Below the pieces are notes generated by a model. It was not told the DNA's origin. It saw only the letters and a list, made by a program, of their open reading frames with translations, and did no database searches. Below, one piece after another: positions 39,001 through 51,900 of a stretch of 64,000 bases of DNA. Every line of letters begins with the position of its first letter. The first letter of the stretch is position 1. This DNA comes from Dipteris shenzhenensis (lineage: Eukaryota). A program made the position numbers and the translations under genes. Location: assembly GCA_047967505.1 (NCBI GenBank), contig CM106538.1; one strand, 5' to 3'.

Positions 39001-42000
39001 GCTGCTTTGTGGATTTCCGCAAAGCCTTTGATACAGTACCTCGAGCTCGTCTCATCACACGTCTACAGAAACTGGGATTTGATTAGGAGATCATGTGGGC
39101 AGTCATGGCACTTTATGAGAGTCTCAGGCCGAGTTCAGACAGGCATAGGTTGGACAGAGGAGATCTTGAGTACCATAGGGGTCAAATTGGGTTGTCCCTT
39201 ATCACTAACCCTATTTGGCCTGTACATCGATGAGTTTGAGACTTTCATAGGGGCTTCCAAAGGGACCGGTTGCTCACTTGCCGGGATCATCATCATGATG
39301 CGGATGATGTGGCACTCTTGTTGTCCACACCTGAGGGGCTCCAGCGACACCTGGATGCACTGCAGGCTTTTTGTTTATCCCACGATTTGGAGGTCAACCT
39401 TGGCATGACCAAGGACATGATCTTTAACACCTCTCGAGCAAACATGCAACGGAAGCATTTCACTTTCGGTGGGTCACCAGTTGAGATCGTATCCTTATAC
39501 ACTTACTTGGGGGTCATCTTCTCCGGCCCGATCTTCACGATGAGAGCAGCGATGTAGGCCAGACTGAGTAGGGGATACACCTCACTGGCTCGGCTAGAGA
39601 GACAGTGCTTCCACTCCCACTTCCAGGATCCTCGGACCAAGGCTCTTCTCTCCGACTCCTTGGTCTGACCAGCCGGTATGTATGGCAGCCCTTGTTGGGG
39701 ACCTGACATGTCAGAGATAGAGTGGACACGGGTGGAGCGCCTGCAGATCCTCATGCTCTCATGGATGATCCGGGGGAAACCATCTGTACCACATCACATC
39801 ATTCATGCCGAGTTTGGTGCTTCTCCACTCCAGCTAGATGCAGCCTTTCATACCATCACATATCTACACCGGGTTAGATCATATGGGGACTGCACATTAA
39901 GGAGACAGAGGTTGCCATGGTTGGCTCTCGATTCCTCCATGAGGTTGGCAGCAGAGGGAGACGAGCGATGCTGATATGCACGGACTCACAGATGGTTTGT
40001 GAGACTAGGGTTTCACATTGATAGGATACCTCCTTTTTAGTACAGTTTAGATGCCCCTCCGGTACTCCCACCCACCATCCTGATCGGGCCACCAACTAGG
40101 TCATTCGAGAGGATCTCCTGCAGTTACACACCTTTAGGACCTGGTTGGAGCCGAGGGAGCTTCCAGTGAAGTTGAGTTTCTACAGAGATTACTGTCTTCG
40201 TATTTCGGAGGAGGAATTCATCACACCTCCGGGTATATTGAGCTTCATATGCCTCACTCACTACGGATCTCCATTGGATAGTTTCGGGTATCATCACACC
40301 GCCTTCGCATAGAGAGCGGTAGAGCAGAGGGGATCCCTAGGGAGCATCGCTTATGCATATTGTGCAACTGTTTGGAGGTTGAGTCGGAGGAGCATTTTAT
40401 TTTCAGGTGCCCAGTGTACTACGAGATCCGAGGTCGCTACCACTGTCTCTTCAGAGACGGCTCCGGACTGCTTTCTAGATTCCTCGCCTACCCAGATCAG
40501 AGATGCCTCGCGGCCTTCATTCACAAGGGGGTCCAACACTGGGAGTACTTACTAAGGCGACGGGGCTTGGCCACACCATCAGACACCTCTCAGAGCAGGA
40601 TCACATAGTTTTTCCCATCGAGTGACATTGATTGTCCACTCTCTAGCCGCAGACGTGACAGACTCCGACCTGATGACTGTAGCACGACACACAAGACATC
40701 GAGGGGACACACAGATTACTCTGGGGGACCTCTCGTCATTGTTTAGACCCGGGATACGTCCCACGGTAGTCATGGTGGCTCGTGTCTTGCATTGAGCCTC
40801 CTTTAGGAGACCGAGACGCACGGCATACCTTGACGGACGCCAGCGTCCCATCATCGGGTATGCACCAGCCAGGGCGACATGACATACGGAGGATTCTGCT
40901 CCGCTCCAGTCTTTTTTCTTTTCATTGTCACACCCAGATGTATTTGATTATGTATGATCTGACTTAGGATTCAGCACGGGTGATGATGCTCGTTTTAGTA
41001 GCTCCACCCCTACTGTGATTTGTATCAGGTTTTCTTTCAATCTCATAGACCCATCAGTCTTCCGAAGATTCTAATAAAATTTCTTTCTTTCTTTCTTTCT
41101 CACCTTTAATGTAGTCTCTGTGATAGCAAGCATAATTTTCTATCATTTCGCTAAAGGTCATCTGCAATTCCTTAAGAGGATTACTTCTACTCGTTCCACT
41201 TGATGAGTCACCTATCAGGACATTATTGACGTTGCAAACAAGTATAGCACCACCCCTTGCCATGGGTGTGAGAGTTTGGCCAGACTTCTATTCGGGCCTT
41301 TTTCCTTAAATCTACATGCTTTTTGACTTTGACTCTGGCTATGTATTTTTAGATTCAGAATCATTTGACTTTGATTTCAAGCTAATAAGGTTCAGGCGTT
41401 TGAGTGGATATTCTCTGTATTCTCTATATCTTGTTGGGCATGCTTCTTGTCATTGCAGGTTAAGCAGCTACACGACTGGTTGCAGCACTGGGATGAGCAG
41501 AATCTGCAGGGAGGGCAGCAGAAAGGGAAAAAACGTGCTGGAGGAAGTGGTAGTGGCACTGCAGGGAAAAAGGCAGTGTTGCTCAGTGGGCCACCAGGGA
41601 TTGGGAAAACCACCTCAGCAAGGCTTATAAGCAAAGAACTTGGCTTTGAAGCCTTTGAGGTGCGTTGAGTGGTTGTGGACTTCTTGAAGTGCTATTTAAG
41701 ATGATGCAAATTTTTAAATCTAACAGCATCTAGACATCATGCAATATGGCCAAGGTCATTGGCAGGTTACTTTTTCAGTTTTCCTATATGGATTCTTGTC
41801 AACTATTTAAGTGTAGTCCATGCGAATTCTTAAAGCCTTCATTGCTACCAAAACAAGCTCGGAAGTTTTTGTTGAGTGCATCGTTATATGCTGTTTGCTG
41901 CACAAACCAGAAAGGATAAAGGTCATGCGCTTTTGCTGTGGTGGAACAATAAACTAGACACGAAGAGCTTTCGTAAGGTATTTGGTAGTTGATTTGCTAA

Positions 42001-45000
42001 GAATGGTCGATTGACCTTGCTCCTTTCTTGTCAATGAGTATTGCCTTTAATGAGACTTCCATTATTTAGAAGCTGAAGGATGATTTTTTTCATGTGGTGA
42101 ATTTTGTGAAACTGACGAAAAAGATTCAAGGGAAATCAATTATCCCAGTTACAGTCAATTTCTGTAGCTCGTATTTCAAGTGAATGTTTAACACCTCTCA
42201 TCCTTATGATGGAGCTCTGAAACAGATGAAGCTCAACAGTCAAGACCCCCATCCCTACCAAGGGGACACTTGAAGAATGACTTTGGCTTTGTCATCGGTG
42301 GCCTACCTCATGGTAGATGCATGTGATAGTAATCCTTGAGGAATATCTGGTTGTCATAATCTTAATTGTGGGGCAATCATCTCAACACACAACCTTAAAA
42401 GGATATGCATTTTTGAGGGATATCTAGTTCTCATAATAACTGGGATTTTGCGACATTAGGGCAGTTGAGTAATGGAACAGTAACGAGTCCAGCCTAGTGG
42501 ACACCTGTTACAGGCTTATAGGTAAGCGAATACATTTGATCTCAATCTTTTTCATCCTAGGGAGAAAGATCTGGTTGATTTTTGACTTTGACTCTGGCAT
42601 TCCATGGCAGCTTACATTGGCCAATTCCGAGTATCCTCTCAGTGATTACATACAGGCAGAGGGCATTCCATGGCAGCTTATGCTTGGATACTGATGAGAT
42701 GCATGTTTGGGTGTGTAGATGTGAGTGCTAAAACTTGCACCCTGACACAAAGCCCGCTCACTCGTTGAAGTAGTAACTCGTAGCTAACGAACCTGAACGA
42801 TAACCAAGTATGAGGGTAGGTTAGTAGTGACTTGACAGATTTTATGTGCAACAGCTTATCCAAGTGAAAAATAGCTGAATTTGGACTACTTTTTGATTAG
42901 CTTTCTCCTTTACTGCTCACCTGTGTCATGGCTATGTTTGCCCTTCACCTTCGGGATGCTCACAGAAACTTATTATGAAGACCTTCACATCTTAAGTGCG
43001 TGGTTCCTGGATATGTGTGTGAGAGCATATGTTTAAACTCTATTCTACACCCACCATTGGCTGCTGATGATGTTAGTCCCTGCTAACACCTCTCATCCTT
43101 ATGATGGAGCTCTGAAACAGATGAAGCTCAACAGTCAAGACCCCCATCCCTACCAAGGGGACACTTGAAGAATGACTTTGGCTTTGTCATCGGTGGCCTA
43201 CCTCATGGTAGATGCATGTGATAGTAATCCTTGAGGAATATCTGGTTGTCATAATCTTATTTGTGGGGCAATCATCCCAACACACAACCTTAAAAGGATA
43301 TGCATTTTTGAGGGATATCTAGTTCTCATAATAACTGGGATTTTGCGACATTAGGGCAGTTGAGTAATGGAACAGTAACGAGTCCAGCCTAGTGGACACC
43401 TGTTACAGGCTTATAGGTAAGCGAATACATTTGATCTCAATCTTTTTCATCCTAGGGAGAAAGATCTGGTTGATTTCCCCACGAGGTGGAACTATTGAGA
43501 AGCTATACATTAAGGGTCAATCAGACTTTCATATTTTTTCACCATTTGCTTTAGTTGATATTGTATGCCAAATATCATTTTGAACCTTTGGAAGATCTTG
43601 AGATCAACATTTCCAATAAGAATTCTAGCTAATTCTTTTAATTTAATCAATCATCAGCGATCGATTGGTTAAGTTTTGAGTGCCATGCTGAAGTTTATAC
43701 AGGGCAAGCATGCTGCAGCGGTTAATATGCCGGTGTGGATCTGAGACAGCATTTGGGCACCTACATGAACGTTTATCTCCAGCAGCCTTGAGGAGGTCAA
43801 CTTGAAGATTGGGGCTAGTACAGGTGCTCTTGTCTTTTCAGACATTAATAAAGAGGGGATAATCCAAAAGAGAAAAGAAATCAAAATTTATTCTTATTAT
43901 ACGAGAAGATCAACAAATGCTGTGTGAGAATGGAGTCAATTTCTACTAAATGAACAAGCAGAAGAGCATGTCCGATCATAGTGCAGAAAGTAGTCAAAGC
44001 CCATTTTTAATTTCTCCCATATGTGCTGAGGATCTCAATTGGGCAGTTCCAAATATCCTCACACTGACTGCTTATTGGAAAAGGGAGGGCAGAGGGCATT
44101 CCATGGCAGCTTACATTGGCCAATTCCGAGTATCCTCTCAGTGATTACATACAGGCAGAGGGCATTCCATGGCAGCTTATGCTTGGATACTGATGAGATG
44201 CATGTTTGGGTGTGTAGATGTGAGTGCTAAAACTTGCACCCTGACACAAAGCCCGCTCACTCGTTGAAGTAGTAACTCGTAGCTAACGAACCTGAACGAT
44301 AACCAAGTATGAGGGTAGGTTAGTAGTGACTTGACAGATTTTATGTGCAACAGCTTATCCAAGTGAAAAATAGCTGAATGTGGACTACTTTTTGATTAGC
44401 TTTCTCCTTTACTGCTCACCTGTGTCATGGCTATGTTTGCCCTTCACCTTCGGGATGCTCACAGAAACTTATTATGAAGACCTTCACATCTTAAGTGCAT
44501 GGTTCCTGGATATGTGTGTGAGAGCATATGTTTAAACTCTATTCTACGCCCACCATTGGCTGCTGATGATGTTAGTCCCTGCTAAGAGTATGGATTTTAA
44601 CCTCGTATGTGACTGCTATGAGGTTGACATTGCAACGTTCAGGTTTTAGAGAATGTTTATGGCCACGTTCACCCAGATATATGTGCCGGTGATGTGCGTG
44701 AATTGCGTCTTTGTTCTACATAATGCTTGTAACACGAATTACTTGAAAGTGGCTTGTCAAATATGCATTGACCACTGAAATAGGGAGACTTACATGAACT
44801 TGCAAGGTTATTAGAGGGAGTGAATAATCCAAATTTCATCATGACTTCCTCAATGGATCTATGATGAAGTAGCACATGACATTTCATAATCTGTGATTCT
44901 ATAATGTAAAGCCAGATTTCTTACAAACATAGTTTAGGAATACTTATTGGAACACATGCCAACATTTTCATGTAGTGGTTTTTGAGCACGAAATTAGTCC

Positions 45001-45874
45001 TTTTTAAAGAATCTTTAGTTAATGATACTTAGTCTGCAGAGCTTGCATGCAAAACTAGTGATTGGACAACTAGGTAATCCTAAAATGTTTGACATGCAGG
45101 AACTGCACGTTACTACACGCGTAGTAGTATACAATAAAGGTATTCCATATGCAGATGAGTTTTGCATGAGTCATGCTAATGCATGTCGGGGTTTGCATGT
45201 AGCATAGATATACCTTAATGGATCTAAAGAATATGGCTAAATGCATAATGTAACCTCTGTTAGACAAAATGGATTGTGCATGGCACAAATTTGCTATTTG
45301 ACAGGTGGACTGATATAGTTTGCGTCCATGGTGTACGTCAATACCCTTACACCATGTCTGAGTTGATCTTGGGATTTGGATGGTTCTTATTGTTAATTAA
45401 AACAAGTATGTTCACTAGGCTTGTTTATGACGAGGAGCAATGAGGTTAAGGGACTTGTTGGGTCAGAGGTAGGATGTGGTAATTGTGTGGAGATGGGGGG
45501 CAAACAATCAATAGTCCCCAAGTTTTAAGTAGACCTGTTTTACACGCTGTTCATCGATTTACATGCAGTTCAGATGGCTCTTGGCAGCCTTGAGAAACAG
45601 ACCATTGGGATGTGGAGCCACACCTGTGACCCAACAAATTGTGTACCTCTTGCATGCACTTTTGTCTTGTTAAGCTGCATGTAAAAAATAAGCAGCCAGA
45701 TGTAGATGCTAGGGTCTCCTACACATCATGCTGGCTGAATCAAATTATCTGTACAATTTCAGTTTTTCCATGTGTCAAATGAAATTTCTAATGAGATTTG
45801 GATCTATGTTAAAACTGTAAAATCCCAAATAACAAGCATTGATTGTAGCTTGTGGACATCCACTCAACATTTTT

Positions 45875-45926
<52 letters not shown>

Positions 45927-48900
45927 TTCTCTCTACATCTTTTGAGGTTCTTGAAGATTATACTTGTTTTCTGAAGAAATTAATTCAAGGTACCTATTGT
46001 GATTGCTCTTCTATGTGCATTTGTTTTGTTTCCATCAATCTCTTACTTTTTGGGTGCTTTGAAGCATATCGGCAATGTGGACTTTTTAAAGTTTGTTCAA
46101 TGTGTCAAGGTTATAACTCTCCAATCGTGTTGCAGGTGAATGCCAGCGACAACAGGGGTAAGGCAGATGTGAAGGTTGGAAAGGGTATAGGTGGAAGTAC
46201 AGCTAATGCAATTAAGGAGATGGTTAGCAATGAATCTATTGCTATTGGTGACAGGAACAAGTAATTTGCTTCATATAATTATTAATGGTTTTCTTTGGTA
46301 TATTTCCTTGTTGCTCAGAACATCACGTGCTTTAAGGAGAGGTGGTTTCCAAGTGTCTTGCATATTTATAAATTGGTGCCTGTTTCAGGAGCGCAAAGCA
46401 CAAAAAGGCGGTTTTGATCATGGATGAGGTTGATGGGATGTCTGGGGGAGACAGAGGCGGAGTTGCAGACCTCATAGCTAGCATCAAAATTAGCAAAATA
46501 CCCATCATTTGTATTTGTAATGATCGGTACAGTCAGAAATTGAAGAGCCTTGTGAACTATTGTCTACCCCTGAACTTCAGAAAACCTACCAAGCAACAGG
46601 CATGGGTTTATATTCACCAAGCCATGTGCATCTTTGGATATACTAAATACATGTTGGTCTTCTGTTGACATAGAAAATAATCGTGGAAATGCATTAAGAT
46701 GAATAAGTTAACATCATCATCAAGCTTTCATATACTTGTTTTGGCAAACAGAAGATAGCTCTTTAAATTTTTGCCTGATCATTGTGTCTTGTGATTTAAA
46801 ACTTAGATGGCAAAACGGCTTCATCAAGTGGCTCAAGCTGAGGGCATGCAAGTTGATGAGGTTATTCATTCATTGAGATGCTTTTGGATTTCTTGATTTT
46901 TTCATAGCATCCTTTTATAATTAGCAGTATTTTGTGGAGCTGGATGGAAGAAGGCAAGCTGTGAAAGTATTGCATTCTTCCACCTTTCTGTTCATTTTGG
47001 GAGAGAGGGAAGGGTGGGAAACAATTAAATTTCTTAACTTTTTTCCCATCAATTATTTGTAGATCGCTCTTGAAGAGCTTGCAGAACGAGTAAATGGGGA
47101 CATGAGAATGGCTCTAAATGAGTTGCAATACATGAATTTGCGGACTCGAATCGTCAAATTTGCTGATGTAAAGGCTCGGCTTCTTTCAAGTGGCAAGGAC
47201 GAAGACATAAGCCCTTTCAATGCCGTTGACAAGTACGCGAGAGCCCTCTGGTTGACTGGCTTGTTGTTCTAGCTCACTGACTTTGTCTGTAATTATTTGT
47301 GGTTGGCTCTGTTTCAAATTGTGTGTGCTTCTTGAAAATGGAGATCAAGAATTTCTCTCAACATGTGTGCACATGTTGGGGCTGGGTGCCTGTATAGACA
47401 GCCAGAGCGTTGTGATGATAGGCAAGTTGAAGCAAGCAAGATGACAGCATGGCTAGGTTAAAGGATTGCAACTTCATACCAGCACCAAATGAGGGTAACT
47501 GGCATCAGGGATTGTAAATTCCCTCTGTTAACTTGAACACCCTGTTGAAACTAAAATTGTAATCCATTACAGGCAATGCCTAATTAAAGCAAAGGGACCG
47601 ACTTCTCCTACAATGAAGGACGTTCACACACAATAATCACACATGTTACAAGATAGAAGGTTTAAGATGGGGAGAACACAATCCCCCCCCCCCCAAAAAA
47701 AAAAAAATCTGGACCTGAACTGGAAATGGAAGTAAGACGAAAAATAATAAGAGTCCTTATTTGTAACACCTGTATGTATGAAATCAACAGAAGCTATGGA
47801 CAATAGGCTAACAAAACTGTCTTCTACAGATCTCGTATTCTGAGATTTGCAACTTGGAGACCAAAATCAAAATAGATGATAATATCTGCATTTCCTGATC
47901 TTTAAATATATGCTCTGGTGTGTGTGCATATGTATGTTTGAGAGCATGTGTTTATATTTTACCGTTGGTGTGTGCTGCTGATGTCTGTGGGGATGTCTTT
48001 ATATGTAGTGCCTGTTATATGTATACGAGAGCATCAACAAAAATCTGAATTTGTTTGATTAAATATATTCTAGTCTTACAAAGGTATATATGTATGTTTA
48101 TATTTTACCATTGTGGGCGTGTGGATTTGTATGTGTGAAAGCATATGTTTATACTATGTGTGGGTGTGTGGATTTGTATGTGTGAGAGAATATGTTTATT
48201 CTATGGTCTACACCTACAGTTGGGCGCTGATGACATCAGTGGGGATGTCATAGTAGCTAGTACTTGCTATGCGTGATGGAGTTTATGGTTTCCAACCTTA
48301 TGATTGACTATCATGAGATTGAAACTGCACTATGTTTTGTTTTTAGAGGATGAATTTGGGCATGTGCCTGGACTCATCTAGGTATATGCTCCTACTGTAT
48401 TAGCGGACATGCAAATTTCACCTTTTGAAGTTTTCGTCCATGTTGCAGCCTATTGGTTTTGCGATATTCTTTTTATCTTAAGTGGTGCGTTGCCCTATTA
48501 GCTAGATTCAGATGCTTGTATGGGAGAGACTAAAATGAAATTGTTTAGTCTTCACAAGCAGTTGTAGTTTGAATGAAGAGATTTTGGATTCTCCTTTAGT
48601 GCTAGCCTTCGTCATGGCTGAGTCTTCTTTTCACCTACGGAGTGCCGACAGAAACTCAGTACGAAGACTTTGTATAAATGGGTGCTCAAGTATGTGTGGG
48701 TGTGGTTTTGTATGTGTGAGGGCATATGTTTACACTATGGTCTGCACCCACTGTTGGGCGCTGATGATGTCAATGGGGATGTCATAGTAGCTAGTCCCTG
48801 CTATGCGTGATGGAGATTATGGTTTTCAACCTTATGATTGACTATCATGGGATCGAAACTGCACTATGTTGTGTTTTTAGAGGATGAGTTTGGGCATGTG

Positions 48901-51900
48901 CCTGGACTCATCTAGGTATATATTACATTTTATCGTTGTGTGCGCTGTTGATGTCTGCGGGGATGTCATTGTATGTTGATCTCCCAAATTTCGGACGTGT
49001 AAACAAAAAAGAAGCAACCATATAAACAACAAAAATGGGTGCAGGTTAGCTCACCACCCAACCATGACGTACGCACGGATAAAACTCGAGAATTGGGACG
49101 TTGCCTTCGAGCCACGAGTTGAGCTGTTGGCATGTCCCCCAACTAGATCCCAACCAGCCTGGCGTCTTGTAGCGGGAGATAGACTATCCTCGTGCTCTCT
49201 TCTACTTGCAACTGCAAGATGGTGCACTCTATACACAAAGTGATGCTGTGAGAGAATCAGAGGGAGAGAATGTAGTGGACCTCCGAAGAGGAAAATAGAT
49301 AACTGAATAATGAATGCCCAAAGGGCTGAATACAACTGTATGAATGGGCTGAAACCCTCACTATAAAATTGGAAAGACTAGACTACCCAAAGGAGGTGAA
49401 TCCTCACTAGATCCCTAAAGAGGTTGAGGCTAACCTGTTGGTGTGCTGCGAGGAGACTTTGCTATTGCTATTCCGAGGGTTGAAGAATAAGGGCCAAAGG
49501 CTGGTCTTTTATAGGCTGTTAGGTCAGCTTGGCTGACGTGGTCAACGCCGACCGTTGACCTTGGTCGGCTGGTCAACGTCGATCAGTGACTATGTCACGT
49601 TGACTTTCGACCAAAAAATCAACCGTGTTTTTTGACCTGCGAAGACGTGGTGTTGACTGTCTGTTGATTGTTGATTGCACAAGGTTGCCTGCATGGCTGT
49701 ATGGATGCCTGCGTGACAGTTAACCTGTTTGCCTGTGTTGGCACCAGCTAGCATGGCCACGGGCTTGTGGATGCCCGTGACACGTCTAATACTACTAGGT
49801 GATGTCGAAGGGCCTTGGATCATCTGGTGGGTCTTGCGCTACGCTAGGAAGTAGGTGTGGGTCTGCAACACGATCTAGGATCCAGACTAGCAAGGAAGAG
49901 CTAAGCTTGCTTTGACTTGCGCACTGAAAATTAAACCCATGGGTTCCTTATACAGGCTCGAGCCCAGTGCAGCTAAAAATAGGAGAAACCCTAATTCAAA
50001 CTCTAATCCATTAGTGCCCTTGCCACTCAACCCGAGAATTGCCTGCCTAGCCCCAAGCCTTCCCACGCTTCTTGAGCTAGTCCTGTGTCCCTAAAGCACA
50101 TGTTAGATATGGTCCATGCACTTGACATACTCCCCCTCCTCTAAAACTCTCTTGAAACTCTCTTTGGAGATTGGTCTATGTCTCCTATGTAGAATCCTCC
50201 TCGACACGATCCTTCCACTTAATCTTGTATTCAATGATCATCCTATTTCTAACTTGACGTTCATGAAATCCAATAATACTTTCAGGTTCATGCAGTACGA
50301 TCAATCTCTATAAGCTCTTGAGGAGTTACCATGTGTTTGAATTACTTGTTGAATATTCTAGGCTTTGGTTGGTTTGTTGTTTTTATCGCCCTCTTGTTGG
50401 CCTTGAGGCTGGTTTCAAGGGCACGCCAAGGTGATTTACTTGAGCGTATGTAGCCCATCTTTAGGTAAACTTGTTGTGTAGCTAACTCGTCCTCCGCTAA
50501 CTGACTCATCCTAATAAGATGGAATACCGATAGCTTGAGCGCCAGGAACTAAGTCAATGCGATGGTCCGCTGCCTTTTCTAGAGGTAAATCTTTCGGTAG
50601 TTGGGCTGGAAATACATCGGAGGATTCGTTCAACAACTTCTTTAATTCTTGGTGTTCATACATGCTTGAATCATTCTTGTCAATTATTGAAACAACAAAT
50701 GGGGAAAGCGGAATCAAAGCACATTGACACACATCATAAGTAGAAGTTTCCAATATATTTCGAAGCTGCATTGCAGATACAGTAGGTCCCTGGGAGGGAT
50801 GAACATCATCACAGTGGATAGATATGTTGGGCCTCTATACAAAAAAGAAAGCAAAAATGAAAAGAAAAAGAAAAAGAAAGAGAATGAGACTCCCAATCAA
50901 TTTGGACATTGTGGGTTTTAAACTACTTGATGCCCAATAACAAGTCTACATGATCCGAGTGCATAATGTAGCACCTCAAAAGATTATCATAGGCTTGAAT
51001 CTTGATTGGAAGGTCATCAATCTTGCAATCCCAAAACTGCTTCCTAGCTGGAAGTTCCTAGCTGGAAGCTGCACCTTGTAGGTGTGATCGCTAGGTGTCA
51101 TGGTCAGCCCCAACTTTTGGACAAGTTTCTGATTCACAAAATCGTGAGAGCTGCCCGGATCAAAGAGAATGTGGACTTATTGATTCCTTAACTCTCCATA
51201 AGCTAGGAAAAGGTCATGAGGACCAAACAATTTATTATTAAAAGTGCAATTACAAAATAGAGTGCAGGTCATAACATTAACAAAAATAATGTCAAAGAAG
51301 CCTGATAAGTAGTCTTAGGCTTCCCTCTTGGTGCCGGTTTCGGTTTAGGACTTGTCCTTGCGGGGAACCTTGGACAATCAAACTTGGTTTGACCTCGTTC
51401 TACGCAAATAAAACAATGTCCCTCTTTCTTGAGATGCAAAGTGCACAAAAATGGATCTTTACTATCCTTTGTCGAAGTGAGTTTCTTCTTGGAAGAGCTA
51501 TCCTGAGACTTGCCCTCCCTGGTGCAAGAAGCTGGCTCGAAGAACTTACGTTTGTTCTTCCCAGCTGTATTTTAAGTGGATGGCCTCTTTGCTGAGATGA
51601 TCGTGTCATCAGATGCGCACATAATTAATGGCCTCTTGCAAAGTGGTAGTCTTGTTGTTTTTTGTCTGAAGTTGATATGAGTCAGGTTATCCATTAAAAA
51701 AAAACTCAACAAAGTGATGGGATCCATTTTTGTTGCTCGTGTCTGCAAGTTGTGAAATAGGTAAGTCTTAAAGGTGAGATTTTGCTTCGTCATATCTATT
51801 GCTTTGAGCTTGCTGGCGTTATCATATTCTTCTTCCTTCTTCAAGAAGTCTTTCCGGAAAGTCTCTTCAAAAGCTGCCCAAGTGGTGGGTTTGGGCTTTT

